This document shows, one piece after another, positions 24,136-28,325 of a DNA stretch of 28,325 bases. The notes below the pieces were generated by a model. The model was not told where the DNA came from. It ran no database searches and saw only the letters and a list, made by a program, of their open reading frames with translations. Source of the DNA: a virus (Duplodnaviria; Caudoviricetes); IMG/VR virus record IMGVR_UViG_3300025018_000457, positions 1-28,325 of that record. The stretch is one strand, 5' to 3'. The translations under genes and the position numbers were made by a program. Position 1 is the stretch's first letter; each line of letters opens with the position of its first letter.

Positions 24136-24153
24136 TCGTAAAGACGTTACAAC
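24136..24153 (-). promoter_or_regulatory. Repeated leader element, copy D (core only)
   Basis: Minus strand GTTGTAACGTCTTTACGA between the connector stop and the holin-like ATG. Confidence 0.75.
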
Positions 24154-24154
24154 A

Positions 24155-24664
24155 TCAGATGACCATGATTCCATTGTCCCAGTTCGTGCTAGAATCTGGC
24201 TCGGTATCGTCCTTGTTACTTTCCGCAGTCCATCCTGGATAGTCGTCCTCGTTCAGCTTCAAGAATTTGGTCACTCGGTTCTCATAGTACTCCGCCATGT
24301 CGCTGTACTTGCCGATCTGGAACGCCAGCGTCTTCTCGTCTATTTCACGAGAGTACTCTCCGTTCTGTAGCTGAGGACCCTTGTTCTTCCACTGCACCCA
24401 GTTGAATGGCATTGCTATCACCGCCGTTCTCCACGCCATGGCTGGCGCGATGTGCTCTACGAGCAATATCTCAGTTGCGGTAAGCGTCTGCGCGTTGTAC
24501 TTGACCACCAGTGCGTCGAAGTACTCTCGGCCTAATATCAAGGACATGTGAAGTTCGGCAGCGGGCTGCGCGTAAGGCATCAAATTCTTGGCATCCACGT
24601 TCTGCGATATGCCGGTCTGACTTTGGAGGTATGTCTCCGTAATGAAGTACAATGTAGTCGCCAT
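24155..24664 (-). CDS. Head-tail connector / adaptor protein
   Basis: 169 aa, helical, downstream of the portal; YFITETYL...ISQNVD...ILG...NKG pattern. Confidence 0.6.
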   Translation of the reverse strand: MATTLYFITETYLQSQTGISQNVDAKNLMPYAQPAAELHMSLILGREYFDALVVKYNAQTLTATEILLVEHIAPAMAWRTAVIAMPFNWVQWKNKGPQLQNGEYSREIDEKTLAFQIGKYSDMAEYYENRVTKFLKLNEDDYPGWTAESNKDDTEPDSSTNWDNGIMVI

Positions 24665-24666
24665 AG

Positions 24667-25812
24667 TTATGCTGTTTTTTCTTCAAGTTTTAGGTCGATT
24701 CCGGTGAAGGTTATCGATCCAGATTTGTTAATGATGTCTATAAACTCGTCATAGAACTCTTCCAAGGTCTCTCTGAGCGGTTCGACGACGGCGGCCTCGA
24801 ATATTCTGAACGAAGTCTTGATCTCCTCGGTATTTCCGAGCTGTCCTGCGGTCTTCACGCCCATTATGCTTGGATTGATTTGATGCGAGAAACAGATGTT
24901 GTCTCGTAAATCTTTACTGGTCTGCATGAAGAGCTTGTCGTTCTGAGATGGGGATGCGGTTATGATGTCAGGCATCTGGTCCCTGTTCGTGGAGAACAAA
25001 GTGATCACGCGCCCTGCTGCTGCAGCGCCCTTGGCAGACTGTATCTCTGTCTTCATCTTCTTCTTGGCCTCTTTGTTGGCAGGAGTCGACGGGAAGTTCA
25101 AAATAAAGGAAGGATTGATTGAATTTTGAATATTACTTTTTTGAAGGTAAGACACTTCGCCGTCGAGAAATATCCAGTTTCCTGCCGTGGCATAACCTGG
25201 TATCGCATAAGTAAGTAAACCAGCAGAAGACACCTGGTGCATCAGCACGCAATCCTGTTGTAATTTTGTTCTGTCGTACACCGGCAGACTACTCATAGAT
25301 GAACCCACAGACCAGTCTCGTTTCAAGAATATTTTAGTGACGTTGCCGTACATGTCCGATAGCGTGTGACGGACCATAACAGGATCGATCCTGTTGACAG
25401 CCAGTATGTTTCCCTTCTCGTCGAACTGTAGCCGCAGGTACATTCTGGCGTGGACGATCAAGTCCTGACATATCTTCTTGTAGCTCTTGGTAATGTACTG
25501 CATCACCATCGCCTCTTTGATCTTCTCGGGAACAGTAGTACCCTTAAAATCGACAGTGTATCCAGATCCTGCAACTAATGACTGCTTGAAATCACAGATC
25601 GCTCTGTGCAAAGAACTTGTGTAATACATGGATGCGAGAACGTCTGGGTAGAGGTTGTCCGTTCCGAAGTATACGAATCCGCCGCCGCCTATTAACCGGT
25701 CGTTTATGTATGGTTTGGACAGGTCACCGTGGTTGTACAGGCTCGAGTTCATCACTGAATACTCGGCTTGCTTCTGTTTTGACTCGCCAAATTGCATTCC
25801 TAAAAATTTCAT
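24667..25812 (-). CDS. Portal protein
   Basis: 381 aa with FGTDNLYP, SSLHRAICDFK, YAIPGY, SAKGAAAAG and ICFSHQINPSIMG patterns typical of phage portals. Confidence 0.8.
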   Translation of the reverse strand: MKFLGMQFGESKQKQAEYSVMNSSLYNHGDLSKPYINDRLIGGGGFVYFGTDNLYPDVLASMYYTSSLHRAICDFKQSLVAGSGYTVDFKGTTVPEKIKEAMVMQYITKSYKKICQDLIVHARMYLRLQFDEKGNILAVNRIDPVMVRHTLSDMYGNVTKIFLKRDWSVGSSMSSLPVYDRTKLQQDCVLMHQVSSAGLLTYAIPGYATAGNWIFLDGEVSYLQKSNIQNSINPSFILNFPSTPANKEAKKKMKTEIQSAKGAAAAGRVITLFSTNRDQMPDIITASPSQNDKLFMQTSKDLRDNICFSHQINPSIMGVKTAGQLGNTEEIKTSFRIFEAAVVEPLRETLEEFYDEFIDIINKSGSITFTGIDLKLEEKTA

Positions 25813-25813
25813 A

Positions 25814-26176
25814 TTATCTGTAAATTTGATTTATAGTGATGTCCTCACCCTCGACGATCACCATGCACTCTTTAAGTTTTGTGCTCCAGTCGTCAGGATC
25901 GAGACTCTCGGTCGCCGACTCGTATATCTCGCCCTTCCACTGGCCGCTCGGTAAGCTCACGATTCCCGCCATCGCGTCAAGTCCTGTTGGCTGTTCAGTT
26001 ATGTCGAAGAGCGTGTAACTATCTGTCAGTTGGACGCTAGGCGCAGTGAAGATGTTGACCGCCTCAGTCGATCTGTTGGTGAATTGGAAAATGAAATACG
26101 GCGCCGCCAACGTGACGCTCTCCCATAGAGTCAACGGTATTTTGTTGACCGATCCCTTCTCGATGTATATCAGCAT
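25814..26176 (-). CDS. Hypothetical structural protein (beta-rich)
   Basis: 120 aa, directly upstream of the portal, with its own CACAGTA motif. Confidence 0.65.
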   Translation of the reverse strand: MLIYIEKGSVNKIPLTLWESVTLAAPYFIFQFTNRSTEAVNIFTAPSVQLTDSYTLFDITEQPTGLDAMAGIVSLPSGQWKGEIYESATESLDPDDWSTKLKECMVIVEGEDITINQIYR

Positions 26177-26192
26177 TTAGTTGTTTTAATAA

Positions 26193-26199
26193 TACTGTG
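26193..26199 (-). promoter_or_regulatory. TTCGCACAGTA motif, putative late promoter
   Basis: Just downstream of a terminator and about 17 nt upstream of ATG 26176. Confidence 0.65.
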
Positions 26200-26239
26200 C
26201 GAAAGGTTCGTCAACAATCATTTCGGAATTCTAAAAAGA

Positions 26240-26274
26240 AAAACGCCTATCCTTAAAAAAAAGATAGGCGTTTT
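26240..26274 (-). terminator. Intrinsic terminator, possibly bidirectional
   Basis: AAAACGCCTATC...GATAGGCGTTTT after the tail tube gene. Confidence 0.85.
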
Positions 26275-26291
26275 GTGCGTTTGGAAAATTC

Positions 26292-26801
26292 TTAGATAAT
26301 TGCAGCAAGCAATCCTTCAGTGAAGGTGTATGCTTGGTACTTCTCCTCACCAGAAAAAGTCATCGTGTAGTTGGCAGATTCCGAACCGCCAGTCGTGGCA
26401 GTAAGGTTGAGACCGTTGTTGGCTCCTAAGAACCAGAACGTTCCGTTGTTGTCCTCAGCGATGATTATTAAATCTCGAAAACCTTCTGCAAGGATGGCGA
26501 TCTCGTTCCTCTTGTCGACGTCCCTCTTGTTCAAGATCAACGTTACTATCTGAGCCCATCCGTCCAAGCCTACTGTCGGATCAACCTGGTCCTCAGTGTA
26601 GTTAGATCCGGAAGTCTTTCTGAACTCATACTTGTAGAATAAGCCAACGGGCGAGGTGGCAACCATAGTGATTGCCGTAACCACCCCAGCTACAACGGTG
26701 TAGCTGGAAACGTCAAGCAAATCTGCGATGTATATGTTCTTGATACCCTTTATGTTTGGGGTACAATCTTTTGTTGCACCCGTTAATGTGTTACATGACA
26801 T
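26292..26801 (-). CDS. Major tail (tube) protein, probable
   Basis: 169 aa, MSCNTLTGATKDC..GIKNIYI...EDNNGTFWFLG..NGL...YTMTFSGEE; codon usage resembles the capsid gene. Confidence 0.65.
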   Translation of the reverse strand: MSCNTLTGATKDCTPNIKGIKNIYIADLLDVSSYTVVAGVVTAITMVATSPVGLFYKYEFRKTSGSNYTEDQVDPTVGLDGWAQIVTLILNKRDVDKRNEIAILAEGFRDLIIIAEDNNGTFWFLGANNGLNLTATTGGSESANYTMTFSGEEKYQAYTFTEGLLAAII

Positions 26802-26829
26802 AAATTTATGTTTTTATTTTAAACTGAAA

Positions 26830-26863
26830 AGGCCGGATACCGGATTTAACCCAGTCCCGGCCT
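26830..26863 (-). terminator. Intrinsic terminator / attenuator after the capsid gene
   Basis: AGGCCGG...CCGGCCT stem, with TTT continuing on the minus strand. Confidence 0.7.
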
Positions 26864-26887
26864 GTTCTATTTTATTTTACTTATTGA

Positions 26888-27805
26888 TTAGCTGTAGTAT
26901 ACAATTTCCTCTGGGTTTGTGAAACCAACGAAGAATTTAAAGTCAGTTCTGGTTCTGATTGTGGCATCGCCAGTAGTAAGCTTCATGTTGATCGTGTTGA
27001 TCTCAGAAACGTCACCTAGTAAGTCGTAAGCGTAAACTAAGTTCATGCCTATGGTAGCTACCATTGTGTCAGCTGACATACCTGGAGAAACAATTATCTT
27101 GATTCCTTGGTACTGCAGCGGATACGCTTCTGAAATAGATGCGTTTGGTAGTACAGATGCAGCCTGCTGGAAAAGCGAAGCAGCGGAAGCGCCCATCCAG
27201 ATTCTCAATTCGGTTTTCTTGTAAGAGATAGACGCAGGAAGAGCAGCTTTAACTTTCGCAAGTTCTGCAAGGATGTTAGTAGCAGTCAAAGTGGTGGCGG
27301 TCACATCAAGAACAGCAGCATCAGCTAACAGTTTCTTCTCAAGACCGTCGCACATAGAGTAAGGATACACCGTTGAAAGTGTGTCACCCTGCCATGCGAT
27401 CACTGAAAGTCCGTCTTTAACCTTAGCAGCTAATACGTCGTAATAGTGAGACATGAAGTTTGCTGGCGCGAAATCTGTCATGTTAGATCCTGATCTCATC
27501 CACTGAGCAATGAACGAAGACTCTAGATCGTCCTGACAAGTTTGAGTCATTACTGACAACTTACAAGGCGTGATTGTGATGGCATCAAGGTCAGATGCTG
27601 TTGCAGTGAATGCACAAGCAAATTCTTGGATTGGGTCCGTAAAAGTAAGGACACCTAACTTAGTTGACTCCTTTACGTCAGGAACCTGTCTGAACTCAGC
27701 GAGATCCTCGTTAGATAACGTCGCTTTGATGAACCACTCTAGTGGATTTGGACAAAGCAAAGCAGCAGGTTCTACTGTAAGGTCAAATTTTAATTTTTTA
27801 GACAT
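26888..27805 (-). CDS. Major capsid protein
   Basis: 305 aa, downstream of the protease-scaffold and followed by a terminator; IAWQGD, CDGL and terminal PEEIVYYS patterns. Confidence 0.8.
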   Translation of the reverse strand: MSKKLKFDLTVEPAALLCPNPLEWFIKATLSNEDLAEFRQVPDVKESTKLGVLTFTDPIQEFACAFTATASDLDAITITPCKLSVMTQTCQDDLESSFIAQWMRSGSNMTDFAPANFMSHYYDVLAAKVKDGLSVIAWQGDTLSTVYPYSMCDGLEKKLLADAAVLDVTATTLTATNILAELAKVKAALPASISYKKTELRIWMGASAASLFQQAASVLPNASISEAYPLQYQGIKIIVSPGMSADTMVATIGMNLVYAYDLLGDVSEINTINMKLTTGDATIRTRTDFKFFVGFTNPEEIVYYS

Positions 27806-27841
27806 ATTTTAATTTTTTATTTTATTTCATCTGATTATTAT

Positions 27842-27848
27842 TACTGTA
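27842..27848 (-). promoter_or_regulatory. Variant TACAGTA motif upstream of the capsid gene
   Basis: One mismatch to CACAGTA; intergenic. Confidence 0.4.
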
Positions 27849-27868
27849 TCAGCATTGTTTTTTTTTCG

Positions 27869-28325
27869 TTACTTAGAATAAGCGTTGATCAATTTCATTG
27901 CTTGGATCTTTTTGTCGAGTGCAGACATCTTGACTGGTTCTTCTGCGGGCACCTGTTGTGACTCGATCTGTATCGCTGCGATTGCTGCATATATCTCGTC
28001 TAGCTTAGGTTGAATTATAGCAAGTATTGCCTCCTCGTCAATAGCAGCAGGTTCAGCAGGCACATCTTCAGCAGGTTCAGCAGGCACATCTTCAGCAGGT
28101 TCAGCAGGCACATCTTCAGCAGCTTCAACAGGCACATCTTCAACAGGCACATCTTCAGCAGGTTTTTCTTCAGGAATTACCTCGGTGATTACGCCTTCGG
28201 TGATAGTCACCACTTCGTTCTCAATGAGAACTTCACCCGTATAGTCTTCTACGACATCTAGATTCTCGTCGATGACAGTGACAGCAGCATCCACAGCTAT
28301 CTCGTCAGCAGCAACGGTTACGACT
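27869..28325 (-). CDS. 3' part (acidic scaffold) of the protease-scaffold gene starting at 826
   Basis: In frame through the terminal repeat; AEDVPAEP repeats and a C-terminal helical segment. Confidence 0.8.
   Translation of the reverse strand, partial: VVTVAADEIAVDAAVTVIDENLDVVEDYTGEVLIENEVVTITEGVITEVIPEEKPAEDVPVEDVPVEAAEDVPAEPAEDVPAEPAEDVPAEPAAIDEEAILAIIQPKLDEIYAAIAAIQIESQQVPAEEPVKMSALDKKIQAMKLINAYSK
28044..28163 (-). repeat. Coding tandem repeats (AEDVPAEP / EDVPV)
   Basis: CAGCAGGCACATCTTCAGCAGGTT 24-bp units plus 15-bp variants. Confidence 0.9.
28111..28325. repeat. Terminal direct repeat, right copy
   Basis: Matches 1-218 with one 3-nt indel and one substitution. Confidence 0.95.

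Noticed and set aside
13205-24153. Repeated element or 23-bp repeats as a CRISPR/mini-array
   Set aside because: Copies are dispersed rather than regularly interspaced, the one spacer between the 23-bp repeats is 104 bp, and there are no cas genes.
1-28325. Stop-codon reassignment, tRNA genes, introns or inteins
   Set aside because: Genes tile densely and intact in the standard bacterial code; no cloverleaf or splicing motifs were seen by eye.

Overview
This looks like a complete, circularly assembled tailed-phage genome of about 28.1 kb: bases 1-218 repeat at 28111-28325. It is probably a siphovirus of a Bacteroidota host, inferred from A/T-rich translation starts without Shine-Dalgarno sequences, TAnnTTTG boxes and the structural gene set. 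There are two arms. The minus-strand late arm starts at about 15244 and runs through small membrane/Cys proteins, TerS, TerL, a tail-terminator/Gly-X-Ser fibre fusion, an AT-rich fibre gene, tail genes and the tape measure. It then crosses the contig junction through an XkdF-like protease-scaffold gene missed by the ORF track, followed by capsid, tail tube, portal, connector and a holin-like gene, ending at about 23750. The plus-strand early arm (15874-23613) encodes a VapE/VirE helicase, a primase, a DUF3223-HNH protein, two sigma70-like factors, a UVR-motif protein, an ABO-like GT6 glycosyltransferase, an MptE/Maf/Cst-like protein and an HNH nuclease. The most unusual features are non-coding: (i) a hairpin element, GTTGTAACGTCTTTACGA(CTCCAGGAG), in three late 5' leaders plus an inverted, expanded copy at the convergence zone, with TATCTTTG boxes pointing antisense into the two long copies; (ii) a repeated CACAGTA late-promoter candidate; (iii) short direct repeats bracketing gene cassettes at gene boundaries. 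All protein-family calls come from motif recognition by eye, not database searches.
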